DNA from: Octopus vulgaris
Taxonomy: Eukaryota
DNA: 64,000 nucleotides
NCBI GenBank assembly: GCA_951406725.2
Contig: OX597825.1
Span: forward strand, 26,164,001-26,228,000
Direction of reading: 5' to 3'
The notes under the pieces are model-generated. The model was not told where the DNA came from and ran no database searches. It saw only the letters and a program-made list of their open reading frames with translations. Within the stretch, counting starts at the first letter, position 1; every line of letters starts with the position of its first letter. This document shows, in pieces, positions 27,930-43,119 of the stretch. Both the position numbers and the translations under genes were made by a program.

Positions 27930-28450
27930 AGGAGAGACCAAGCTACAGAACATAGGAAGAGGAACTACGAATCTGCTCATAGAGCTCACCCTGTATGAAA
28001 TATCGACAGGCTTTATCTACCATGAAAGAAAGGAAGCAGTGGATTGTTAAACGCAGAAGACAACATTAATGTTTAAATAATGTTGCTGGAAGAACGATGT
28101 TGTACAGAGGGAAGAGTGAATACAAATAGTAGCGAGAAATGTCCAAACATTGCTGAAACAGTTGAAGAATTCGAGAGCAGAAGGAACCAGTAACTGGAAA
28201 GAGATTGAATTACATGGCTTATCATTGCAACGAACCGAGGATGTAAAGAACGCTAGTTGCGGCTGATAGACGGAAACCGGAAACGAGAAAGTGATGCGCT
28301 ACTTATAACCGTTCGGGAACTGGCCATTGAGTAGAATTTGATAACGCTAAGATCGATGAAGCTGATACAAAAAATGCAGCATCTATACGTCAGTAGACAA
28401 ATGTTTATTAACCATCTCTTGAGTGAATTCAGTAAGCTAGGAAATAAAAA
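27930..28450 (+). pseudogene. R4/Dong-clade non-LTR retrotransposon remnant
   Basis: Broken frames give AHPV*NIDRLYLP*KKGSSGLLNAED, WKEIELHG and GNRKRESDALLITVRELA, matching the R4-clade motifs HP..D.DRLYLPR..GGRGL, W..K.LHG and G.LK.ETE..I.AAQEQAL. Confidence 0.7.
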
Positions 28451-28884
28451 AAACAACAACAAAAAAAGAATATAATCACAGACAATGAATGTGAATGTAA
28501 AAGAGTGCAATGCGATATTAGCCGAGTATATGGATTCGTAGGAAGAGAAAAGCGTGTCATTTCTTAGTTTGTGCACTGATTTGTTTTTCATTAGACATTT
28601 TACGTATGAAGTTATATATTCGTGAATTACCTGGAACATTTGAAGATATGCTTAGCTCTTATGACCTCATCATCTACGCACAGACTTCACAATATGTACT
28701 AAAGTACGAATGGAATAATCATCTGAGTAAAATAGTTGGCTAGAATTGTTTATTCTTATAGTCCGTCTGTGGTAAAGACGACTGTTAGTTTAAATTAATT
28801 AAAGACGGTGTTTAGTTTAAATTAATCTTGACACTGTCGTAATCATTTTTTGTGAAGGTTGTGAATCTGAGTAGGAGATACTTA

Positions 28885-29258
28885 ATTTACAAAAAAATTC
28901 CGACTGTGTCATGGGAAGTTTGAATATGTGAGACGATTGGCAAGCTCCTCATACAATAGCCCATGGTGAAGCAACGCATTAAACGTTGATCTGGTAGACG
29001 AAAACTGTTTTTGCGCCCTCGTGTAAACATATCCAAAAATATACACACACATATGTGTGTTGTGTGTGTGTGAGTATATATATATATATGTGTGCATCTC
29101 TTTGTAATTGTCCTGCACCACCTCTTGGCATCAGGTGTTGGTTTGTTTACGTCCCCATAGTTTAGCATTTCAGGAAAATATCTCAATAAAATAAGTGTTG
29201 AATCCGACTCGATTTATTTGACCCTGAAGTCAAGAGAGTACTCCAGCAAGAACGCTGT

Positions 29259-29260
<2 letters not shown>
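28885..29260 (+). mobile_element. SINE type A, old diverged copy
   Basis: TGGTAGACGAAAACTG, GTTTACGTCCCC and ACTCCAGCA blocks are colinear with type A. Confidence 0.65.
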
Positions 29261-29294
<34 letters not shown>

Positions 29295-29295
<1 letters not shown>

Positions 29296-29701
29296 TTTAC
29301 TCTTTTACTTCTTTCAGTCATTTGACTGTGGTCATGATGGTGCCCCGCCTTTAATCGAGCAACTCGACCCCGGGACTTATTCTATCGGTCACTTTTGCCG
29401 AACCGCTAAGTAACGGGGACATAAACACACCAGCATCGGTTGTCAAGCAATGCTAGGGACACACACACAGACACACAAAGACACACACATACATACACAC
29501 ACACACACACATATATATATACATATACATATATACGACGGGCTTCTTTCAGTTTCCGTCTAACAAATCGACTCACAAGGCTTTGGTCGGCCCGAGGATA
29601 TAGTAGAAGACACTTGGCCAAGGTGCCACGCAGTGGGACTGAACCCGGAACCATGTGGCTGGTAAACAAGCTACTTACCACACAGCCACTCCTACGCCTA
29701 T
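29295..29701 (-). mobile_element. SINE type A
   Basis: Near full length, high identity to the other copies. Confidence 0.92.
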
Positions 29702-31447
29702 GTAAAAAGAAATTCTGCTCGGCTGGATTTCAAACTATTGTTTCTTTTTTTTTTATATAGTTCTGAAATACCTCGGCCTCTGTGAACTACAGTAATTCCT
29801 CGACTATCGCGAGTATTACTTTTCAAACCCCTCCGCAATAGGTGAAAATGTACGAAGCAGAAATAATACTGCACTGTATACTTTTTTCTATTATTTTTAT
29901 AATGTGTATATATTTATTTTATTATAAATCAAAACAACACCGCAGAGGAATCGACGTAAACGTAAATAATAAACCGTGATATGTGAACAGTGATAATGAT
30001 ATTATTTCTCATACGGCAAAAAAAAAAGAAAGAAAAAGGAAAACATTTTCGGGATTCTGGGATTTTGTTTACGGAAGTAGAAAAACGAATGTTAGCATAA
30101 TTTTCACATAAGTTCTGACAGAAGTCGCGACGAGAACACCTGTGCTCTGACTCCTAGCGTAATTAAATAAAACGAAAAGACTATCGCGTACTTAGGTTTC
30201 CGTTTGGCACGTGCTCAGCATGACATTTTCAGTGGATATTATTCCTTCATTTCACTATATTCCTTAACTCACTCCTTATTCTCCGTTTTACAGCTAATCT
30301 AATCTCTCGTTCTTTCAAGTCAGTCAATTTACTATATTTTTTTCTTCTTGTATGAAGCCAAACGTAACTGCAATGCTACACATATTCTGGTTTCGACACA
30401 TCGCTCAACCACATTGCACTACTAGCGCGTCTGGCAGCTGTAATCTAATCTGTTCTGTAGTAGTCAACACAATCTATAAGCCAATAACCCCACCCTTAAG
30501 TCCTTCCGTGGCTGTCAATCGTCGAGGAACTCTGCAAGCGATTCTATATATGACTTTCTCCATTATTAGAAATCTCAAAGTAGAGAAGAAAATAGTAAGG
30601 GAAAAAAATAAACCAAGGCAGAAAGAAATAGAGAGGTTTTGTGAGTTAGGGAGGAGTAGTGGAGGAGAGATAAGAATAAAAGAAAGGAAATATCCTCTTT
30701 GGTGTCCGTAGAATACAAGATTCATCAATACCATGAAAATAAGAATGCAATTGACATGATTATATGATCAGAGAATTAAGGATATAAGCAAATGTAATTT
30801 AATTTTACTACTGTAGACAGCAGGAAGAGATGTGATAGAGAAGAATAATTGCTATGAGTGATATTTCACGAGGTTATATATTTTTTTCTTTTCTTTTCTT
30901 TTACCTTCTTATTTATATATTTTTCTTTTGCTATGAGAACGTCGATAGTCTATTTAATACGGTATGGTGTTTAATACAGGACTATGGTACTAGACTTCTG
31001 GTCTTCAACTTAGATGAATAACTTGCTAGCAGTACAAGTTTTGACTTCTCGGAGACGTATTGTCTCACCTTTATCAGACCACAAATAATTATATAAAAGC
31101 ATTGCAAGGTTTATTCATTTATTCTGCTAGTTATTTTATTTCACGATATGTGTACGTGTTCCATGAACTAAATGATACCTTATATGTGTATAGGTCTATA
31201 TGTATATATGAAATTCGTGTGTCTGTGCTTTTTTGAGGGTATGGAGATAGATGTTTGATGTCGTATTAAATGTTACTTTCTCCTTCTAGTTCTCTCCTAA
31301 TGGTTGCTGAAGTCGTTCGTTTATCTCATAGTAGTTCACATGATTTATCGTTTATTCCATTCGTATTGTATCTGAAATCTCATGAGATATTCATATCGTT
31401 TGAAATGTTGCAGAAATAAACACACTTACCAAAAGGAGTTTTCAAAG

Positions 31448-31491
<44 letters not shown>

Positions 31492-31516
31492 TTATATTAT
31501 ATTGTATTATATCATA

Positions 31517-31579
<63 letters not shown>

Positions 31580-32900
31580 TCTCCCTTCAATCAGTGAGTC
31601 TCAGAGTAGTCGAGAAGAAAAATATATGTTCCGAAAATACACTTTAAGTTGCAACATTCAAAACATCGTTTTGTAGATAATGCTTTAGAAAAAGACTTTC
31701 AAGCATGAGAAATAAAAAAAGAAATATCGCTACACCATTTCATTTATGATTTTACTACGTTAGATATTTGTGTGTTGTACGTTATATATTATAATTTTGA
31801 GCATATTTTCTCTTTTAAGAAAGTAATCTTTATTTAATCAGGCGAATATATATAGAGTCATACTAAATGTATTATGATACTAAGACACGTTATTTTTACA
31901 ATCTTAGCATTGAAAAAATATGGGTCGATAAAACTAGCTCCAACGTTGTATTGAAATATGATCATAGGGTACAAATATTGAACAAGAATTGTACGACTGT
32001 TTTATCAATTTTAACCAAATAATCCACAGTTTAATTTTGGTATTTATTTAATTGCTTCATATTATAAACCAGTGGCCGAATTCCCAGAGTGTAAGACATT
32101 GCCTGACAAAAGCATAAACAAAACTTAATTTTCAGATACTTAAGCTATCTGTACAATAGAGATATACAATTAAGGTAGTTATGCTACATTTCAAGTCAGT
32201 ATGTGAATGTATAGTATTAGATATTGTGAAGTCTTTTCCCCAGCGCGTTACATATTTTTGCATATACATTCCTTACAAATAGCTTCATAGTATAATTTTT
32301 CGTAGCAAATAATGGTGTTTGTGGATATACGTTCCCTAACACACTATGAATATTTTGACTATTCATTATAGAATAAAATCGCAAATTACACACATAACAT
32401 AAGTTTATGCATTAAATTGTTTATAGCGATATTTTGTGATAGTGGATCTCCGTTGACTGACGAGGAGGATTCAACTGTTGAACTGAGTGAATAAATTGCT
32501 GGTGAATTAATGCGTTAGTAGTTGAGTATTACCCGGACTTAATTTAAAGGCGGAATTAGCCTTAAACGCTGTGGGTGACAAGGCTGTGATTTTGGAATTA
32601 GATGGATATTCGTGTGACGATGAATTTTAATGCAATTTCCAGGCACACCAACGTATTAGCCGATCTGGGACTCTGGATAACGATAGTTCGTCAGGATGTC
32701 ATGCGATTCGATTGGACACGGACACTTCTTTTTAAGAGGAGTGCAATTTAAAGAGCCGCTCTGCGTCTATATGTATCACCATGTCTACAAATGCACACCA
32801 TATTTAAATTTAAGTTACCTTTATTTATTTAGTTATTCATTCTTCTCTCCTTGCTGCTACGTTTGCCTGTCCGCATCTCTTTATAGGTATATAAGCATAT

Positions 32901-32935
<35 letters not shown>

Positions 32936-32968
32936 CATACGTACATACAGATACATGCATATATAAAT

Positions 32969-33358
32969 ATAGAAAACGCCCCCTGTCCAATGGACAGTGC
33001 TGAGTTGTCAAACATTTAAAGCAAATTTTTTTCAAAACAACTTGTCCAACCGTCCCATAGGCTTCCCCTCTGAGAGACACTTATTTAACCTAAATTTGAG
33101 ACACCGGGCATTTTTCTCGCGTACACGAAGTATCGATCGCAACGGCCGATGTACTTGCACATACAAATGCAAGTTCCCACGGCTTTATCAATCGCATTCT
33201 CACCTGGAATCGATTTTTGTAATTTTTACATGATTTATACACACCCTGATACCGTCGGTATCTACATATCAAATTTGAGTGCAATCAGATGGAGGATGCC
33301 CGAGATCCTAGAGGACACACACACGGACAGACAGACAAAACGGAATTTATATAATAGA
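32969..33358 (-). mobile_element. Non-autonomous Helitron-like element
   Basis: Minus strand begins A|TCTATTATATAAA followed by a short (CTGT)n repeat. It ends with the GC-rich hairpin CTGTCC-ATT-GGACAG about 10 nt before a CTAT terminus (CTRR-like). No TSD seen. Confidence 0.65.
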
Positions 33359-34345
33359 TAAGCATGTCTATATATATATATGTAATCATATATGAGTGCA
33401 TATATATGCATATATATGAACATATATATACATATAAATATATATGCATATATAAATATATATATATATATGCATGTGTGTGCGCGCGTTTGTGTATGTG
33501 TGTACATGTATATGTATGTGCCTTTGTGTGTTTGTGTATTATGTTAAGGGAAAACCATATGTAGAAACCATATGATAAATTAAAGAAGACAAAAATCAAA
33601 TTAAGAAATCCAATAAAGCAGTAATCTTTTGAGACTTACCTGGAAAGCTTTACCAAACAGAGAAGACAATATACAAGTAGCTATTCAACAATAACATTCG
33701 GTAAACCTACATACAGGCGCCATCATATATGATAAGGAATGAAAATCCATATAAAAACCGAAAAGAAAATAGGAGACTCAACGTCTGAGCTTAGCTGCAA
33801 TAGTTTGTAATGATTGAGGACCGTAACAAGTCTTTGCATATAAACCTGAATGCAGGTTAATTAATCCAGTTAAATCTGAGACAAGATTAATTAGTAGTAA
33901 AGAGATTGCAATGAATATTAAGAATAACATTAGGAAATCCACATTTTTTGTCAGCTAATGATCCGATTACCGAGGATAATGTTATTGAAATTAAACGCAC
34001 GTACATATTATAGACACATTGATATTGCAGAAATTGTAACCTCTATAACCAGAACTGCAATATGCAATGTTTAATATTTAATAAAGTCTGCAATAAAAGG
34101 GATAATAACAACTTAATTATAATAAGGTATACGAGATTAATAACTGCAGTCAGATAAACACTGTAGTGTCAAATAAGCTAACTCAAGAAATTACTTGGAC
34201 GTTTGTAAGTTGCCATATTAGGATTTGGCAGCACCAAAAGCTTAAGGATTATACATCTAAAATTTAATCGCAAATAATCCAAATACAATGGAATTTAGAC
34301 AATTGTAGGATACGCACACGGCAAGGGTTATATATTAAAAACAAT

Positions 34346-34626
34346 TTTTCTTTTTAATCCTTTTTGCCCGTTGTGGAGATAGTGTCGGTTTCCCGGTTTC
34401 CTTGGCGTGTAGTTTCCCCACCTGGACGGGACGCCGGTCCGTCGCAGGTGAGCTGCTTGATGCAGGAGGAAAGGGCGAAATAAAGTTGTGGCGAAAGAGT
34501 CAGCAGAAGTTCACCATTACCTTCTGCCGGAGCCGCTTGGAGCTTAGGTGTTTAGCTCATAAACACACACATCACCCGGTCTGAGATTCGAACACGTGCT
34601 CTAAACACGAGGCCATGTGCCTTCAC
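34346..34626 (-). mobile_element. SINE type D with 12-bp TSD
   Basis: Homologous to 9766-10062. TSD ATTAAAAACAAT at 34334-34345 and 34627-34638. Confidence 0.88.
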
Positions 34627-35309
34627 ATTAAAAACAATAGTATTCTCAATTTACAGATACTAATATAGGACATACTGTTATCATTTCCTTCTATAAAATT
34701 ACTATCAACTGTTACTACCATTAACATGTTTACGCAAGATATAAAAATAAACTGAGACAAACTACTTAAAAATCTCCATGAAAAATCTCTTGCATTGCTT
34801 TAAGGATTTGAAAACAGTCATCTACACACCTTGTCAGATTATTAATTTTCCCCTAAAATAAAGGCATTTGGTGTTACGATTACTACATCAACGTATTATT
34901 AATCTGTCGACTAAGGAACTGCTTATAGCTGTTGGTATCATGAATATCCCTTAACCTTAAAACATCGGTTTTCTCTCGCTTTTTCTACGAAACTTCTTAC
35001 TTATTTTTATTTAATTTTCCTTTTAAACTTCTGTCAGCAAAGATGCAATGACCTACATATACTTTAAAAGAATTATCACCTTAAATGAAGAGAGTAAAAT
35101 TTATAAATATTTTCATTCAAATGATACCTTTTTTTAAAAAATAATATTAACACTTAGAAATATAATGCAGAAGCAAGGCACATTTGGTCTCCCTCATAAT
35201 TTTCAACGAAATTGATTTATGAATACATTATTTTTCATGTTTGTATCATGTGCCACAATTTTATATTTGATACTTATCAAATTAAAAAAGAAGACACATA
35301 CACATATGC

Positions 35310-35404
<95 letters not shown>

Positions 35405-36327
35405 CACATATATATATACACACATATATTTATACATTATGGAGAATAATCTCCCTGTGAAAATATATACCTTTCGTTGAAAATATGGGCATGCGTACGT
35501 AGAACTTTACATAATTCATGGCTAGTCTATTACGTTTTAAAACAAAGCATTTCCGATATATATCGCTGTTTAAACTATTTTGCAGCCTTATCTTTTGGAT
35601 GAAATATTTTATTGTTCCCTTCATTCTCATTTTTATTGTTCGAATGAATCATGTGAACGCTTGTGATTTTCTTTGATTCGTTATCAGCAAACATTAAACG
35701 TTCCGGCTGGTAATGTCAGGTTTCTTTCAGAAAATCAGTAAAATGTTTAACCATCGTGCCCGTTATTAGTTTTGGTGCTGGGTGCAAACTCAAGTTAGTT
35801 ATATTTGGCTATGAACATACTTTTCATAAGCTATTTTCAAGTCTATTCGTGATTTCAAATAATAACTGTATTATCAGTCGACGCTATATATTCTGTCAAT
35901 TCATACATATACGTATGCATAAATATATACGTTGACATAAATATACTCAGTAATAAACATGCACACAACGTCTTACACACACACGCACAAAATCACGCAC
36001 ACGTATATGTATAAACAATCTAATGCAAGTATTACAGATGCAACTTTCCGTTGCCTATCTCTTGCGTTACCTTCTCTCCAATATTCCAAATTAGTGCATT
36101 ACCCTTTCGGCAAATCAGGTGTAAACTGGGATGACTAGTACAGTACAGAGATAAGAATTATACCGTCGATGGATTTTTCAACTGTGGTAAGTTAAATTTG
36201 AAAATTATGTTTAAGAAAAGGAAAGATAAGTTTCAGAAAAATTGTAACATTATTCCTGTATATAAGAAAGTCAGATGCGAGAAATAATTACACTACAGAT
36301 ATTGGTGAAAATTTTACTTGAATATTA

Positions 36328-36851
<524 letters not shown>

Positions 36852-37514
36852 GTAGATATTTATTTATGTAGATATTTATTTCCTACATTAACAGTATAAA
36901 ACATTTATACACACACTATCAACACATTTACTGGACTATGCTGACGCCTTTATATTATCTGATTTCTTGTTCTTTTCAAGGAAGCGTTTGTTTAAAAGCG
37001 TCTTCTGGTTAACGTTGAAGCCGAAGGAAATAATTTTAGAACCTGAGACACCAGAGAAATTTCTCCTTGAAAATTTGCCAGAATAGTGATCATGTTATAC
37101 TGAATTATAAATTCAAGGATGTTATGCTAATATGTTCTAATTATGAATTTGCTATTACTTTTTACTGTGCTGCAACGTTAATTATGCATTAAATTTTCTC
37201 TGTAATTATTCATATATAATACTTATCAAGGTTGCATATCATCAATGGCGGGATATACAATTTTATATCAGCCATAGCTGTTTTTAGTTCATCACATTTA
37301 CTGATTATAATAAGTTTCAGAAGAATGCATAATACATGTATTTTTGTTTATTATCTCTGATATTTATCATTCAATTTATTTATATATTAGTAGACATAAC
37401 ATATTTGACTGCTTTGAAATATATACATGCATCCATACTTATATACATGTATACATACACATACATACATTTTGGCAGATATGCATGTATATCTATATAT
37501 TTGCAAATAAATAA

Positions 37515-37547
<33 letters not shown>

Positions 37548-37581
37548 AACATATACTTATATATAAATATATAAGTATATA

Positions 37582-37631
<50 letters not shown>

Positions 37632-37727
37632 GATACCTGGCCCTCTCGAAGGAATAGCCAAAATCCCAACCACTATTAGGAATACATTTCGAAGGGAATG
37701 AAAAAATGGAAAAGGAAAACATTTACC

Positions 37728-37785
<58 letters not shown>

Positions 37786-38062
37786 GTGTGTGTGTGTGTT
37801 GTCTAATTAAAGAAATTAAGTGAGAAACAAAGGGTAGGTCATTCAGCAAATTCCCAGACGCAGGATTTTAAACATAGGTTTAAAAATTCACATGCATTAA
37901 TACAATATAATACAGATTAATAAATCTAGACTTTGATCTACATTTATATAGTCTTTAATTATCGTTTGTCTCGGATATATTCCGAGGTCTTCTCAGTTAC
38001 AGCCCATATATTTCTAAAGAGATCTTTAACAGTATATGTGTATATAGATACCTATACATATA

Positions 38063-38145
<83 letters not shown>

Positions 38146-38666
38146 TGGGTGTGTGTATGTGTATGTGTGTGAGAGAGTTTGTGTGTATGTGTGTGTACGG
38201 CGATTTAAAATTTCCACCCGCCCACTAAAACCACTTACAATGCCTTGGCCTGCCGGAATCTATATCACAAGACATTAAATCCAAGGCGACGTGAATTTGA
38301 ACTGAATCTTGATACGCGTAGTTAGAAAATAATTTTCTTTTGCCCTTTGGATGTTCTATATATTGAAATTGATGCAAAGGACTATTTGAATATTTCTGCA
38401 GCTCCAAATTTCTTTGCTCCAAACCCTTCCTCCCCAATGCTATCAGGATGACAATACACCCATCCTACCGTAATGATATTTAAAATTGCTATAATGAACA
38501 CATAGGTGAGGTAGACTACATGGATTGCAACAAACAGTAATCACTGGATTTCAACATAATATTTATCCTCACGTCTTACGGCTACAAATTCTGCCAAAGA
38601 CAGATAGACCACGTATCAAATAATAAAACTTCCATTAACAGTCTGTCTGCATTATTTTGTACATGT

Positions 38667-38842
<176 letters not shown>

Positions 38843-39111
38843 TTATGTACATATTTTTATATCATCATTAATAAATTTCAGGGTAGCCAAAAATTATTTA
38901 GAAATGTTTTGCTAACAGTGGTATAGCGTGAAGAAAAAAATCTAGTCAATAGACTATATATTATTCATATAAATACAGTGTACAGTTAAACGCATAATAG
39001 ATGGCCTTAAGAGGACATCTAACCCGCTAGAACTAGTAGTTAAAATTCAAACCACTATTAGGGGTAAGTGCGAAAGGGACAGAAAAATAAAAATGTTTAA
39101 ATGTACACATT

Positions 39112-39148
<37 letters not shown>

Positions 39149-39966
39149 CTAGATAACACATACATACATATATACATACATACACACGTACATACATGTA
39201 TGCTTTTCTGTTTGTACGATAGATAACACACGTTGCTATTAGCATCTTTGTACCAGCTATATTTGCGGGGTAGATGCGTTTCTGAACTAAGTACTATGCA
39301 TATTGCTTGATTTGCATGTGGAAATGTCTCTCTAGCAAGGCTCTGTTGTTGAGCTACATTAGTACATCTGCAGTACCCTAACATAATTGCCCTGATATTT
39401 GGATTGGTAGAAGTGGTAATCACCATAGGTCTATTGCTGTCGTTGTCTTGTGTGTAGCTATTTAGGGCTTCATCACACTTTCCTTTCTAAACTAGTCAGC
39501 TGCTGCAGCATCATTTGTACCGGCCATAAAATGTTGGTTAATTGGTTGCTGCTTTTCACACTGCATCTGAGAATTGTCTTTGCTAAGTTAAAATGCCTTC
39601 AACTCTCTTTTCTTCGGGTGTCCTCGCTTTAAAGATAGTGTTCAATGCGCAATGGCCGTGTTGTGTTCTTCGTCCGTAGCTGTTTGACAAGTGCGTAGTA
39701 ATTTAAGAAGACATTTAGTAATGAATTGACCGGGTACTTAACCAGCAATCATCACGACAGAGACATCTTATACAAAAACCAAAGTCGATTTTAGTTTTAT
39801 GTTTTCTCGGTTGTCCTTCTTTTTGACCAAAGCATGTTTATTTTTATATAGTATATGCATTACTAATTTTACACAGAGACGCGCACACACACAAATACAC
39901 AGACACACACACAAGCACGCACACATACACGCACACATACACACACATACACATATATTATATATA

Positions 39967-40126
39967 TGGAGTGGATGTGTGGTAAGCAGCTTGCTTACCA
40001 ACCACATGGTTCTGGGTTCAGTCCCACTGCGTGGCATCTTGGGCAAGTGTCTTCTGTTATAGCCCCGGGCCGACCAATGCCTTGTGAGTGGATTTGGTAG
40101 ACGGAAGCTGAAAGGAGCCTGTCGTA

Positions 40127-40187
<61 letters not shown>

Positions 40188-40411
40188 CTATGTGTATATG
40201 TTTGTGTGTCTGTGCTTGTCCCCCTAGCATTGCTTGACAACCGATACTGGTATCTTTACGTCCCCGTCACTTAGCGGTTCGGCAAAAGAGACCGATAGAA
40301 TAAGTACTGGGCTTACAAAGAATAAGTCCCGGGGTCGATTTGCTCGACTAAAGGCGGTGCTCCAGCATGGGTACAGTCAAATGACTGAAACAAGTAAAGG
40401 AGTCAAAGAGT
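39967..40411 (+). mobile_element. SINE type A
   Basis: Full-length, plus orientation; ends GGCGGTGCTCCAGCATGG..CAGTCAAATGACTGAAACAAGTAAAGGAG. Confidence 0.92.
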
Positions 40412-40429
40412 ATATGTATGTATATGTAC

Positions 40430-40466
<37 letters not shown>

Positions 40467-40539
40467 TATACACATCCAGTTTACTAATTCCTCCACATTG
40501 ATCCTTGGATCGTATCTTTAGATATTGTATGTATGTATG

Positions 40540-40569
<30 letters not shown>

Positions 40570-40570
<1 letters not shown>

Positions 40571-43119
40571 GATTTTGATTTGATTTTGATTTTTTCCAGT
40601 TTCAGCTCATGAGGTGTGGCCATGCTGGGGCACCGCCATTTGGTTTGCTACATGATTTTACCTCACGAATGCTTTTTAGCAACTGCCATTTGGTGCATGA
40701 GAGAGTTCGATGCAGCTGCCCTCATCTGCACCTCCTGCCGTGAAGTTGGTTCATCCGGGACACCTGACAGGAAGAGATCCAGTCCTACTTTAAAGACATC
40801 CGCATCTACACCATGCAGGTCCCTCAGGTTCTTCGGGAGGATATTGAAGAGCTGTGGGCCTCTGAAGCCCAGGCTATCACAGTATCTTGTCCTACATCTT
40901 GATGGCAAATTTGGAGTCCTTGGTACCACGCAGTGGCGCCCGGTTCTGGCATTTGTGTGACTCTCGATGCCAAAGTTTGGGACAAGTCCTTCCAGGATCT
41001 TCCAGATATATATTATGGCATATCTTTCTCGCCTACGCTCCAAGGAATAGAGTTTTAATCTCTTGAGTCTTTCCCAGTAGCTTATATGCTGCACAGAGGC
41101 TATCTTCTTCGTGTAGCTTCGTTGGATCCCCTCAAGTTCTGTGATCAACTTGACACTGGTTGGTGACCATAGCTGAGAGCAATAGTCAAAGTGGCTTAAG
41201 ACAAGTGTCTTCCAGAGGACCATTATGGTTTCTTGTTCTCTTGTTCTAAAGGTTCTAAGAATCCATCCGGCCAGCCGTCTACATTTCATTGCCAGTTTAG
41301 CAACATGTACATGAAAGGTTGCGTCACCACTCATGTGAATACCCAGGTCACGCACTGATTATGCCTCTGGGATTGCAATCCCTCCGGGTCCAGTGTATTC
41401 ATTGGGTATTGCATTCAGTTTTGCATGCTGATAGCATAAAGCTTGAAACTTTTCAGCATTGAACTGCATGCTCTTCTTTTCAGCCCACTTGTATATTTTG
41501 TCCAGCTCACATTGCAGGTGCTTAGTGTCTTCAGGGTTCTGTATTGCCTGTGAAACTTTTGTATCATCTGCATAACTTGTGATCGTGGCTCTCTGCGTGG
41601 CTGAGGGCATGTCTGAGAGGGCCATTATGAACAGTAGTGGTCCCAAAACAGCGCCCTGCGGAACACCGCTCACTATTTGCGTGTTAATGGAAGTGGCCCC
41701 ATTGGCTACTGCCACTTGACTTCTATCCTTCAGAAAGTCATGAAGCCATTCTCCCAATTTTCCAACTATGCCAAGATCACGCAGTTTGTGACATATCATT
41801 CCATGATCGACTTTATCAAAGGCCTTTGCAAAGTCGAGATATATCACCTCCACATTTGTGTGGTTGAGCAGTCGTTTCAGCACCCAGTCATAGTGTTGTA
41901 GGAGCTGAGTTGAGCAGTTTCTTCCTGGTCGGAAACCATGTTGGGTGTCAGGCAGCAAGTCATTTTCTTCAAGGAAGGTGATTAGTTTCCTTCTGACTAT
42001 TCGTTCCATGACCTTGCTTATGTGTGAGGTCAGAGAGATAGGACTGTAGTTCTTGGCCTCCGCCCTGCTACCTCCTTTATGAATAGGGCATATTTTACCT
42101 TCCTTCAGTTTTCTTGGAAGTTTGCCAGTTGCAAGGAAGCTCTGAAAGAGAGACTGCAGTGGTCTTGCTAGGACTCTCTTACATACTTTTAGAAGGATTG
42201 CCGGGAATCCATCGGGGCCAGTAGCTGAGTTTGTTTTCATCTCATCTATAGCCTTTATTACATCATCTTCCTTTATATTGATGTAATCAATCATCGCCGC
42301 CTCTGATCCATATCTGCAGTGGTGAAGAAGTCAGTTGGATTGCTGATTTGGAAATGGCCAAGGGGTGGGGTGAAAGCACTCTTGAATTGCTCATTTAGTA
42401 TTTCACTTACCCTCATTGGATTTCCTGTGAGTGTGCCATCCCTTTCAAGGAGTGGCCCTATCCTACAGTGCACCGTAGCTGTTTCTTTGGCATACCTGTA
42501 GAAAGCTCTGGGGTTAGATTTTATGTTGTCTATAGCCCAGGCTTCTTTGTCTGCTCTTTCCTTTTCATGGGAGAGTTGCAGACATTTTTCAATTTCCAAC
42601 AGTTTCATTTTCAGGCGGGACTTTTCACTGCTTTCAATTTGTTTGTTTAGGTGATTTGAGATTTTTATATGCCGTCTCATTAGAATTTTCCTCTCTCTGG
42701 GGATTTTGTTCTTGTGTACAGTGGCCTTTCTCTCTGGGACACATTTGTAGCATATGGCTTGCATTACAGACATGAATTGTTGAAGTTTCATGTCGATGTC
42801 TGGCGAGGATAGACATTCAGGCCAGTTTTGTTTGAGGATCTCTTTCTCAATTTGTTTCCAGTTTGCCTTATTGAAGTTCAAGCTAGAAAGATTCTGAGAG
42901 TTTCTTGTAGGCTGCATGTCCATGCTTTCCTTTGGCCCGTACATGGTCAGCTCTACCATGTCGTGATCCGAGAGTAGTGTCGGTGTCACTTTCACATTAT
43001 GGATGAGATCCATATTATTTGTGAAGCAGAGATCCAGTGTGTTACCTGCCCTGGTTGGTTGGAGTATTACTTGCTCCATGTACAGAGTGTTGATGTGGTT
43101 CAGGAGGGACCTCGCCTGT

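Noticed and set aside
39230-39700. Higher-complexity block with a 109-aa minus-strand ORF
   Set aside because: No identifiable domain, and the ORF end runs into microsatellite.
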